NCBI GenBank assembly: GCA_946623775.1
Contig: CAMORJ010000001.1
Location: 1 to 50,089, forward strand
Length of the DNA: 50,089 bases
DNA from: an uncultured Bacillota bacterium
GTDB taxonomy: Bacteria > Bacillota_I > Bacilli_A > RFN20 > CAG-826
Direction: 5' to 3'
The notes beneath the pieces are model-generated. The model had not been told where the DNA came from and did not search any database. It saw only the letters and a list, made by a program, of their open reading frames with translations. Numbering within the stretch: the first letter of the stretch is position 1; each line of letters opens with the position of its first letter. The position numbers and the translations under genes were made by a program. Below, piece by piece: positions 43,601 through 50,089 of this stretch.

Positions 43601-45457
43601 GATCCCGATGTTCAGGCTAGAGTCGCCCAAATCAAAGCACGTCTAGACCAAGAACTCCATGGCATCATCGGCCACGGCTATTCCGTTACCTATTACATCG
43701 CGCACATCTTAATTAAGATGGCAAAAGAAGAGCCGGAACATTACATCGTTGGTTCTCGTGGATCGGTTGGCTCTTCTTTCGCAGCCACTATGGCAGATAT
43801 CACTGAGGTCAACCCGCTGCCTCCCCATTACCAATGCCCACATTGCCATTATTTGGAATGGGGCGATACCTCAAAATACAAATCCGGCTTTGATTTGCCC
43901 GACAAAGTTTGCCCGCAGTGCGGATGCAAAATGATCCAAAACGGTCAAAACATCCCATTCGAAACATTCCTTGGCTATGGAGCGAGCAAAGTCCCTGACA
44001 TCGATTTGAACTTCGAGGAAGAATCGCAGCATAAAGCCCATAACTACACCAAGGTTCTTTTGGGTGAGCAAAACGTCTTCCGCGCCGGCACGATCGAAAC
44101 CGTTGCCGCAAAGACCGCATACGGTTATGTTCGCGGGTATTTTGAATTCCTTGGGAAGCCCGTCGATGAAATGCCTCCGGCTTATTTGGCTTATATCGCT
44201 TCCCGCTGCGTCGGCGTTAAGCGCACGACCGGTCAGCATCCAGGCGGAATCGTCGTCGTTCCCAGCGACAAATCCGTCTACGATTTCACCGCCATTCAGC
44301 ACCCTGCGGATGATATGGAATCGGAGTGGCTTACAACCCATTACGATTACACCTCCATGCATGATGAAATTCTCAAATTCGATATACTGGGTCACGTGGA
44401 TCCGATGGCAATGCGCTATTACCGCGATCTCACGGGAGTGAAAATCGAAGACATTCCAATGAACGATGAGAGGGTCTTGTCGCTCTTCACTTCGCCGCAG
44501 GAACTGAACTTGAAAAGCAATTGGCTCGGACTGCAAACCGGAGCCGCGGCTTTGCCTGAATTCGGCACCGATTTGGCCCAACGAATGCTTTTGACTGCGG
44601 CCCCGAAATGCTTCAACGATTTGCTTGTCATCTCGGGCTTGGCGCATGGTACCAATGTCTGGAGCGGCAATGCCGAAGATTTGCTGACGAATCATGTCAC
44701 CGACATCAACGGCGTTATCGGATGCCGTGACGATATCATGACTTACCTGATTTCGGTCGGCATCGATGATGGAATTGCTTTCAAAATCATGGAAGACGTT
44801 CGTAAAGGAAGGAAGCTGAAGCCCGAATACGTGACTCTGATGCAGGAGCACAAGGTTCCTGAATATTACATCGAATCCTGCAACAAGATTCATTACCTCT
44901 TCCCCCGTGGACATGCTACTGCCTACGTCATGATGGCGGTCCGCGTGGCCTACTTTAAACTGTATTACCCCCTTGAGTTCTATGCCGTTTTCTTCTCCAT
45001 CCGTTCGGACGATTGGGACATTAAGGCCATGATCGAAGGCGAGGATGCCATTAAAGCTCGCATCATCGAACTCAGAAAACGCCAAAATGACCGTGAGAAT
45101 CCTTTGAAGCCAAAGGAAGTCAACATCTTGAAGACCCTCCAGATTTCATTGGAGATGTTGGAGAGGGGATATCATTTCGAAAACATCGATTTGTACCGCA
45201 GCGACGCGAAGATGTTCGTTGTCGATCACGAAAACAAAGCCCTCATTCCTCCGTTCTCCGTTATCGATGGCTTGGGCCTTAACGCCGCTCAGTCCATTGT
45301 TGATGCGCGTTCCGACGGAAGGCGCTTCCTTTCCAAGGAAGATTTGCTGAAACGCGCATCGAAATTAAATGGAACGAATCTTGCGGATTTGGACAAACTC
45401 GGCGTTCTTTCCGATTTAGGTGATACAAACCAAATGTCACTATTTGAATTCATGTGA
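40625..45457 (+). CDS. polC: DNA polymerase III PolC-type (1610 aa)
   Basis: PHP HLHTNMSVMDA, exonuclease FDTETTGL / HNATFDVGFL / HRAEYDA, and the Zn module CPHCHY..CPQCG. It is long because of an acidic insert at about aa 145-325. Confidence 0.97.
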   Translation: MTKKMISFLQSIGISNPESFDLDFVLVARNAYKKEQVDMAIEKSTPWDYALLEQFISALGTIRYPYTLRLSYENQPTEDDVYRLFLDWYMAHYYAYPTYLVGMEHAGKLVLGFGSLEEKKAEERKVTEFESLLSFINYDVAVERQIPEPEPEPVVEEDVEDLPDLTSENNEISISMPDLNEYRAVPNEKPEEEREEDLTAEMAEEPAAPVAEPAQEPDEHSIEELEPAEEAAEEQQTAEPEPLQEASFEDAVSDGNQFEPVYSEAEVEAEAAHAPEESDAEPEISSIEQAREIIAAEQQAQVEAGEAELIEIMKQNLAAYEEEKKRQRVWKKGDYKIIDSIEDIYGMEGENVDFAGIVFEANSRLTRKGKMSATLGLGDAKSAINARVFENARLTAAFLEGIKPGQRFRVRGAIDEDRFSNQKTIMVHFLDLLPPAPLREDPEEEKRVELHLHTNMSVMDALPEMLDYCKLAKNMGMKAIAITDHGVVQGFPAAQDAAKKTGLKMIYGVELYMFDIDQTYILNPCNTPLKTAKYVVFDTETTGLSSRYDRIIEFGGVMVEGGRVTKTLSLFIDPEMPLPPDSAEVNHITEDDIKGAPTFAEAWPKIKEFLGDNILVAHNATFDVGFLNASLKRIGLEPISNPVIDTLPLSRYLFPEAGRHNEGALLKNLGLNVYNEREAHRAEYDARALSDGWLEIIVRLEKEHPDITHADLAALSIPPADPNDPDPEHKKVVEERYHSFCRHMREYHATVLVKNQAGLSDLYRVISESHVKYFSRIPRTPRSLLNAKRDNFLIGSGCFNGEIFELAMTREIDDLAKAMEFYDYIELQPVENYSYLIGMGRIREKAHLMEVLSDIVEAARIAGKPVVATGDCHYLNPEDKILRDVFIQAKPVGGGAHPMNPPGRAKKPQFDNPDQHFRSTREMLDSFMQWTDEESAREFVIKNTNLIADMIQDDIIPISDDLFPPNANLPDSAEKLSELCYSNFEKRYGGNNDPDVQARVAQIKARLDQELHGIIGHGYSVTYYIAHILIKMAKEEPEHYIVGSRGSVGSSFAATMADITEVNPLPPHYQCPHCHYLEWGDTSKYKSGFDLPDKVCPQCGCKMIQNGQNIPFETFLGYGASKVPDIDLNFEEESQHKAHNYTKVLLGEQNVFRAGTIETVAAKTAYGYVRGYFEFLGKPVDEMPPAYLAYIASRCVGVKRTTGQHPGGIVVVPSDKSVYDFTAIQHPADDMESEWLTTHYDYTSMHDEILKFDILGHVDPMAMRYYRDLTGVKIEDIPMNDERVLSLFTSPQELNLKSNWLGLQTGAAALPEFGTDLAQRMLLTAAPKCFNDLLVISGLAHGTNVWSGNAEDLLTNHVTDINGVIGCRDDIMTYLISVGIDDGIAFKIMEDVRKGRKLKPEYVTLMQEHKVPEYYIESCNKIHYLFPRGHATAYVMMAVRVAYFKLYYPLEFYAVFFSIRSDDWDIKAMIEGEDAIKARIIELRKRQNDRENPLKPKEVNILKTLQISLEMLERGYHFENIDLYRSDAKMFVVDHENKALIPPFSVIDGLGLNAAQSIVDARSDGRRFLSKEDLLKRASKLNGTNLADLDKLGVLSDLGDTNQMSLFEFM

Positions 45458-45498
45458 TTCAAAGAGTATACTAACGCTCGCGGAATTCCGCGAAGCGT

Positions 45499-45575
45499 CG
45501 GGACGTAGCACAGCTTGGTAGTGCGCCTGGTTCGGGACCAGGAGGTCGCGGGTTCAAGTCCCACCGTTCCGACCA
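45499..45575 (+). tRNA. tRNA-Pro (anticodon CGG), CCA encoded
   Basis: The hand-folded cloverleaf has acceptor CGGGACG/CGTTCCG, D stem GCAC/GTGC, anticodon stem CCTGG/CCAGG with loop TTCGGGA, and T loop TTCAAGT. There is one C-A mismatch in the T stem. Confidence 0.85.
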
Positions 45576-45613
45576 TTTTGTTTTCTTAGGGCAACCTCGT
45601 ATATAGAAAACAC

Positions 45614-45690
45614 GCGCCCGTAGCTCAGCTGGACAGAGCACTTCCCTCCTAAGGAAGGGGTCAACCGTTCGAATCGGTTCGGGCGCGCCA
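45614..45690 (+). tRNA. tRNA-Arg (anticodon CCT), CCA encoded
   Basis: The cloverleaf has acceptor GCGCCCG/CGGGCGC, D stem GCTC/GAGC, anticodon stem CTTCC/GGAAG with loop CTCCTAA, and T arm AACCG-TTCGAAT-CGGTT. Confidence 0.9.
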
Positions 45691-45702
45691 CCATCGATTC
45701 TC

Positions 45703-45729
45703 AAACCTCGGATCAACCCGAGGTTTTTT
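45703..45729 (+). terminator. Terminator after the tRNA pair
   Basis: Stem AAACCTCGG / CCGAGGTTT, loop ATCAAC, followed by a T-run. Confidence 0.8.
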
Positions 45730-45762
45730 GTAATTCGCATAGTTGTCTTTGAACTAGCGCAA

Positions 45763-45790
45763 CCTCATATTGTTGGAATTCCTATATAAT
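45763..45790 (+). promoter_or_regulatory. Promoter of the surface-protein/MscS operon
   Basis: TTGGAA (45763-68), a 16-nt spacer, then TATAAT (45785-90). SD GGGGGA precedes the ATG at 45833. Confidence 0.5.
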
Positions 45791-45832
45791 ATCAGCAGTT
45801 CACGATACCTTTAGGTATGTGGGGGATAGCAA

Positions 45833-48253
45833 ATGTTTGAGGGGCTAGGAAAAATCCCGGAAATGAATTCGCTCGGCGGCGAAATCAACGATTTCGGCGC
45901 GTCTACTGCCCAAGCCAGTTTTCCTACGTTCAAGCCAAATGACTCGGAGGAGCCTGCTGAGTTGTCCTCTTCTCAACAATCTTCTTCGGCTTCGACCGCT
46001 TCGAATCCCAATCCATTGACTTCGCCTGCCCCCTCCGTCGAATCGGTGACAAGCGCAGGAAGCATGGCATCGACGGCCACGGCCTCCGCCTCCACTTCCA
46101 CGATTGCTGTCGGCGCGACTGTCGGCGCAGCCATCACCGGCGTTGTCACAACGGCGATTACCACGACTGTCGCGGTGCTTTTCATGGCCAGGATTCAGGA
46201 AGAGCGCGCTTATGTCTATGCGGATCCGTCGGAAATGACGATCGAATATAGCCTCGAAGTCGAATATAACAAAGCCGGCACACTGTACGCCGAACTCTCT
46301 TCTTCCAATCAGGTCATTGAGCTTCAGGAATACGAATTGGTTGAGCGTTCTTCGGGGGAAGGGAATGACTTCCCTGAGGAAGAGGCCGATCGCCCAGATA
46401 AAAGCGATTACCCCTTTATTGATTATATGTGGGGCAAATTCGGTGCAGACGACGAGTCCTCGCTTCTTCTCGATACCCCATATGATTTGCAAATCTATTA
46501 TCTAGATGGCGAAAACAAGAACCCCGTGTATCGAAAATCGGGCATTGTTCTATCCATCAACGCCTATATAGAGAACTTCTTTTGGACAAGCGAAACCGGT
46601 TCGAAGGCAATCCTCTATTCTTATGACGTTTACTACAAAGAGCCTATTTCCCTTGGGCATTGTTTCATCACCAATACCGGTGAGGCTTTGCGTTTATACG
46701 ATAACGATGTCTCGTTAGAGCCAAGCGAAGAGGACCAGCCCGATGAGAAAGGCTATTACATGTCCTCGGTCGAAGGCGTTTATGAATCCGACGTGGATTT
46801 CGAAGATTATGTTTTCGAAGTCATGGATCTTTCGACGTATAACACGATTTTCGAAAGCGCCTCTTCGATCTCGACATCGCCGCTTATGCATTACATCGAC
46901 GGTTTTGACTGGAGCAGCGATTCATCAAATAGAAACGTCTACTATTCATATGACGTTTATTACAAGGAGGCGATGGCGCTTGGCCATTACCTCTCTTCTC
47001 CGGAAGGAGAGCTAATCGACTTGGGCAATGCGATCCAATTGACCACGGATATGGGAAGGCTCTCTTCTGATGCAGAAGGCTTCTATGTTTACAGGGTCAG
47101 CGGCGTTTATCATTCGGACATCGAATTCTCCAACTATTCTTTCGAAGTCCGCGATATGAATGCGGAAGACCCAACCGCTTTATTCATCAGCGAGCCCGTG
47201 GTTTCCATGACTTTGCCTGATTTTGTCGTCGATAACTTCCAGTGGAGCGGGAATCTGGATGGCATGAACATCATCTTCTCCTATACGATTCGTTATCGGG
47301 CGGATGCCACGATCCATAATTATTTGGTTACGGACGAAGGCGCTTTGATAAATGTGGAAAAGGAAACGCAGCTTTTCGCAGACGGCGCTACATCCGCTTC
47401 CGATGAGGATGGCTATTATTCCGCCTTGATCGAACATGAATATAAATCGTCCGCGGACTTCAGGAATTATTCGCTGCGAGTCATCGCGGAAGAAGGAAGC
47501 GGCGAGACGATTGTTTTCGAAAGCGATCCGGTCATTGAAACATCGAGCTCCGTCTACGCTTCCCTCAAAAACCCAACGATCACTTTGGATAGCGATCATT
47601 TGGTCATGCACATCTCAACTCCCATCGAATTCTCCTATCCGACGGAAGAAAAGAATGCAAGCCTCATGATGAGCGTCTATCAAACCGGGCTTGACTATAT
47701 GGAATCCGTGGCCAGCGATGAGGCGTCGTTAGATGTCGATAACGCGACCGTCCAAGGAGATGTCTATACGATTCAATATGAAAAAGCCTTCTTTGGCCTT
47801 TCCGCGAACGTTCCTTACACCTTGGAGTTTAGGCTGTTCATGCCGTCCGTGGATAAGGAAACCGTCATTTATCATTATGAATTCGAATTGGTTCCAGAAG
47901 GCGATGTCGAACCGTATTTCGGCTTGACGGGCTACTACACAATCGGAAGCGGCGGATCAAGCGACAGCAGCTACGTAGGCGAAGAGGGCTATACCTATTT
48001 GGATTTCGATTTCTGCAGCAACGGAATCGAAGGCGCTACCTATTGCCTTGCCGCATACAATCCTTCCGGAAGCCAAATCGGCGACACCGTCGATCTTTCG
48101 GTCGATGATTTTGGTTCCTATGTCAGCGCTGCCGTCAGAATCTTCAACGAGAACGCTCAGCCAGGCGACAGTGCGGATATCGAGATTCTCTATCGAAAAG
48201 TAGGGGATTCGAGTTTTACTACGTTAAGCAGACATACGATATATTTCAAATAA
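45833..48253 (+). CDS. Membrane-anchored repeat-module protein, unknown family (806 aa)
   Basis: It has a Ser/Thr/Ala-rich N-terminal ~90 aa and one TM (aa ~91-118). The rest consists of about six ~110-aa modules rich in Tyr, Asp and Glu. Three adjacent modules are clearly homologous, sharing YSYDVYYKE. Confidence 0.8.
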   Translation: MFEGLGKIPEMNSLGGEINDFGASTAQASFPTFKPNDSEEPAELSSSQQSSSASTASNPNPLTSPAPSVESVTSAGSMASTATASASTSTIAVGATVGAAITGVVTTAITTTVAVLFMARIQEERAYVYADPSEMTIEYSLEVEYNKAGTLYAELSSSNQVIELQEYELVERSSGEGNDFPEEEADRPDKSDYPFIDYMWGKFGADDESSLLLDTPYDLQIYYLDGENKNPVYRKSGIVLSINAYIENFFWTSETGSKAILYSYDVYYKEPISLGHCFITNTGEALRLYDNDVSLEPSEEDQPDEKGYYMSSVEGVYESDVDFEDYVFEVMDLSTYNTIFESASSISTSPLMHYIDGFDWSSDSSNRNVYYSYDVYYKEAMALGHYLSSPEGELIDLGNAIQLTTDMGRLSSDAEGFYVYRVSGVYHSDIEFSNYSFEVRDMNAEDPTALFISEPVVSMTLPDFVVDNFQWSGNLDGMNIIFSYTIRYRADATIHNYLVTDEGALINVEKETQLFADGATSASDEDGYYSALIEHEYKSSADFRNYSLRVIAEEGSGETIVFESDPVIETSSSVYASLKNPTITLDSDHLVMHISTPIEFSYPTEEKNASLMMSVYQTGLDYMESVASDEASLDVDNATVQGDVYTIQYEKAFFGLSANVPYTLEFRLFMPSVDKETVIYHYEFELVPEGDVEPYFGLTGYYTIGSGGSSDSSYVGEEGYTYLDFDFCSNGIEGATYCLAAYNPSGSQIGDTVDLSVDDFGSYVSAAVRIFNENAQPGDSADIEILYRKVGDSSFTTLSRHTIYFK
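46556..47542 (+). repeat. Three diverged tandem ~330-nt (110-aa) coding repeats inside the 806-aa gene
   Basis: Modules aa 242-350, 351-460 and 461-570 align by eye: F.W....(I/V)(L/Y)YSYD(V)YYKE...LGH(Y), then G(Y/F)Y....(G/H).Y.SD..F..Y.FEV.D. DNA-level similarity remains, for example TATTCTTATGACGTTTACTACAAAGAG vs TATTCATATGACGTTTATTACAAGGAG. Confidence 0.65.
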
Positions 48254-48265
48254 GGAGGTAACAGT

Positions 48266-49219
48266 ATGATCAATGCTTTCAAAAAATGGTGGGGCAGCCT
48301 TTCCAAGGAAAAGAAAAAAGGAAAGATCATCGCTGCCATCATCGCGGTTGTTATGTCAGCCGCCGCGATTGTGATGTTGGTCTTAACCCAATATGTGCAA
48401 TTCTTCAATGATGCCGTGTATTCCGCCGGGGCGGTAGGCGCGGCGGGAATAGGGGAGAAAATCGTCGGAACCCTGTTCTATCTATTGGCGTTCATCGGAT
48501 TCACGATGGTAATCAGAGGCGTCATCTTCCTTCTGTTCGTCGGAGTCGGCAAAAAGGCTTTGACGATCGTGAAGCTAATCAGCTCCGCCATCAAATACGG
48601 CATGGGCATCGCCTTGGTGTTCATGGTTCTCTCCGTTTGGGGAGTTCCCGTCATGGCGCAGCTTGCCGCCGCCGGAATCCTTGCCTTGGTCATAGGTCTT
48701 GGTGCCCAATCCATCATCAGCGATATCCTCGCTGGAGTTAACATCGTTTTCGAAAACGAATATGATGTCGGCGACATCGTCTTCATCGACGGATTCCGCG
48801 GAACCATCGAGGAAATCGGGTTGACCACAACCAAAATCGTCGATGCCTCCGGCAACGTCAAAATCATCAACAACAGCAAAATCTCGACCGTCGTTAACCT
48901 CTCCGCCAATACTTCCGTCGTCGTCGTGGAAGTCGGCGTCGAATATGGTGAAGACCTTCCGAAGCTTGAGGAACTAATCAGGAACAATATGGAAGCGATC
49001 AAGGAAAGGAATCCGATGATGCTTTCCGCGCCTACCTACCTCGGCGTTTCCAATCTTGCGGACTCTTCCGTCAATTTGAAATTCTCGGTGAAAGTCGATG
49101 AGCCGAATCGTTACGCAGTTGAAAGAGCCTTGTATCGCGAGATCTACCTTTTGTTCACGAATAACAACATCAATATCCCGTTCCCGCAGGTCACGATTTC
49201 GAACCGCGAAGAAAAGTAA
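48266..49219 (+). CDS. MscS-family mechanosensitive channel
   Basis: N-terminal TMs followed by ISDILAGVNIVFENEYDVGDIVFIDGFRGTIEEIGLTTTKIVDASGNVKIINNSKI (the MscS beta domain). SD AAGGAGG is present. It starts 12 nt after the upstream gene. Confidence 0.88.
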   Translation: MINAFKKWWGSLSKEKKKGKIIAAIIAVVMSAAAIVMLVLTQYVQFFNDAVYSAGAVGAAGIGEKIVGTLFYLLAFIGFTMVIRGVIFLLFVGVGKKALTIVKLISSAIKYGMGIALVFMVLSVWGVPVMAQLAAAGILALVIGLGAQSIISDILAGVNIVFENEYDVGDIVFIDGFRGTIEEIGLTTTKIVDASGNVKIINNSKISTVVNLSANTSVVVVEVGVEYGEDLPKLEELIRNNMEAIKERNPMMLSAPTYLGVSNLADSSVNLKFSVKVDEPNRYAVERALYREIYLLFTNNNINIPFPQVTISNREEK

Positions 49220-49231
49220 TCTTCGCGGTCG

Positions 49232-49294
49232 CTTTGTCAAAATATCGAACCCCTTATCGATATTCGTATGTCTGCAGCCGATATTTTGACAAAG
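49232..49294. repeat. Perfect 16-bp inverted repeat separated by 31 nt
   Basis: CTTTGTCAAAATATCG (49232-49247) is the exact reverse complement of CGATATTTTGACAAAG (49279-49294). Each arm contains TTGACA on one strand. Confidence 0.8.
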
Positions 49295-49342
49295 TCGTTA
49301 GGCGGCAAGCTATAATAACGAAACCAAGGAAGGATATTTCAA

Positions 49343-49852
49343 ATGATCAAAATTACCGTCCAAAATTATGGGGTGATGACGTTCGAACTAGATTGGGACG
49401 CCGCCCCGAATACCTGCGCCAACTTTGTTGAGCTTGCCCGCAGCGGATTTTATGATGGCTTGATTTTCCATCGCATCATCCGTGGGTTCATGATTCAAGG
49501 TGGCTGGGGCAGATATTTGAAGCGCGAGCTCGATTATTCGATTAAAGGCGAGTTCGCCGCTAATGGCGTGCCAAACGGCTTAAAGCATGATCGCGGCGTT
49601 ATTTCTATGGCCAGAACCATGATTAACGATTCCGCATCGTCCCAATTCTTCGTCATGCATCAAAAATCCCCGCATCTCGATGGGCAATATGCCGCATTCG
49701 GAAAGATGATAGAGGGATTTGATGTCCTTGACGCAATTGCATCTGTCCGCACAGACGCTCGGGACTTCCCGGATGTTCCGCCGGTCATCGAAAAGGTCGA
49801 AGTAATCGATGAACCTGTGAAACCCGTTGCTAAAATCAGGCCTGCAAGATAA
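49343..49852 (+). CDS. ppiB: Cyclophilin-type peptidyl-prolyl cis-trans isomerase
   Basis: FHRIIRGFMIQGG, MARTMINDSASSQFFV and LDGQYAAFGKMIEGFDVLD. SD AAGGAAGGA is present. Confidence 0.93.
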   Translation: MIKITVQNYGVMTFELDWDAAPNTCANFVELARSGFYDGLIFHRIIRGFMIQGGWGRYLKRELDYSIKGEFAANGVPNGLKHDRGVISMARTMINDSASSQFFVMHQKSPHLDGQYAAFGKMIEGFDVLDAIASVRTDARDFPDVPPVIEKVEVIDEPVKPVAKIRPAR

Positions 49853-49858
49853 TGCAAG

Positions 49859-49887
49859 AATCCGGATCTTAGATGGTCCGGATTTTT
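49859..49887 (+). terminator. ppiB terminator
   Basis: Stem AATCCGGA / TCCGGATT, a 10-nt loop, followed by T5. Confidence 0.75.
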
Positions 49888-50012
49888 CATTAATTGAATA
49901 AGGGGTTCGCTCTTTTTCGATTTTTTGAAGGTTGCTATAGAAAAATGTTTGACTTTCAAACGCCAAGTGAGTATCTTTAATCCGCACTCCAGAGAGTGCT
50001 TCGTCAGATTGT

Positions 50013-50088
50013 GGGCCTTTAGCTCAGCTGGGAGAGCGCCTCCATGGCATGGAGGAGGTCATCGGTTCGATCCCGACAAGGTCCACCA
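50013..50088 (+). tRNA. tRNA-Ala (anticodon GGC), CCA encoded
   Basis: Acceptor GGGCCTT/AAGGTCC carries the G3:U70 Ala identity pair. The D arm is GCTC-AGCTGGGA-GAGC, the anticodon stem is CCTCC/GGAGG with loop ATGGCAT, and the T loop is TTCGATC. Confidence 0.9.
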
Positions 50089-50089
50089 A

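Noticed and set aside
43871-45085. A 404-aa ORF antisense to polC.
   Set aside because: It is a shadow ORF inside the conserved polymerase core and has no independent signals.
1-50089. Alternative genetic code (UGA=Trp, as in many Mollicutes), and CRISPR arrays or other defence cassettes.
   Set aside because: Conserved genes (ftsY, polC, cdsA, dxr, ylxM) terminate at TGA at the expected length, and none needs in-frame TGA read-through. No regularly spaced direct repeats and no cas, restriction-modification, Abi or toxin-antitoxin-like genes were seen.

Overview
This window comes from a PolC-type (Bacillota / wall-less Bacilli-like) chromosome. It uses the standard genetic code, since conserved genes end in TGA, and is roughly 50% GC by eye. 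It opens in the 3' end of a 23S rRNA followed by a short 5S rRNA. Next comes a solo IS200/IS605-type tnpB with a structured 3' tail (candidate omega RNA). After that are gdhA, an aminotransferase, an orphan rfbB, a nitroreductase, two small orphan genes and tex. The rest is a strongly compacted version of the conserved Bacilli backbone: yloU-yloV, recG, rnc-ftsY-ylxM-ffh, rpsP-khpA-rimM-trmD (inverted here), rplS-lepB-rbgA-rnhB, dprA-topA-trmFO-xerC and rpsB-tsf-pyrH-frr-uppS-cdsA-dxr-rseP-polC. It ends with tRNA-Pro, tRNA-Arg, a large repeat-module surface protein plus an MscS-family channel, a cyclophilin and tRNA-Ala. Four lineage-specific insertions break the backbone and are the best places to look for new biology. 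The first is an S41-like lipoprotein with a polytopic membrane protein (11.5-14 kb). The second is an unknown 613-aa two-TM protein plus LemA, fused to the ffh operon (19.8-22.3 kb). The third is the repeat-module protein with MscS (45.8-49.2 kb). The fourth is the TnpB element next to the rrn operon. No CRISPR array, restriction, toxin-antitoxin or other recognisable defence cassette is visible. All calls rest on motif recognition, gene context and hand-folded hairpins; no database search was possible.
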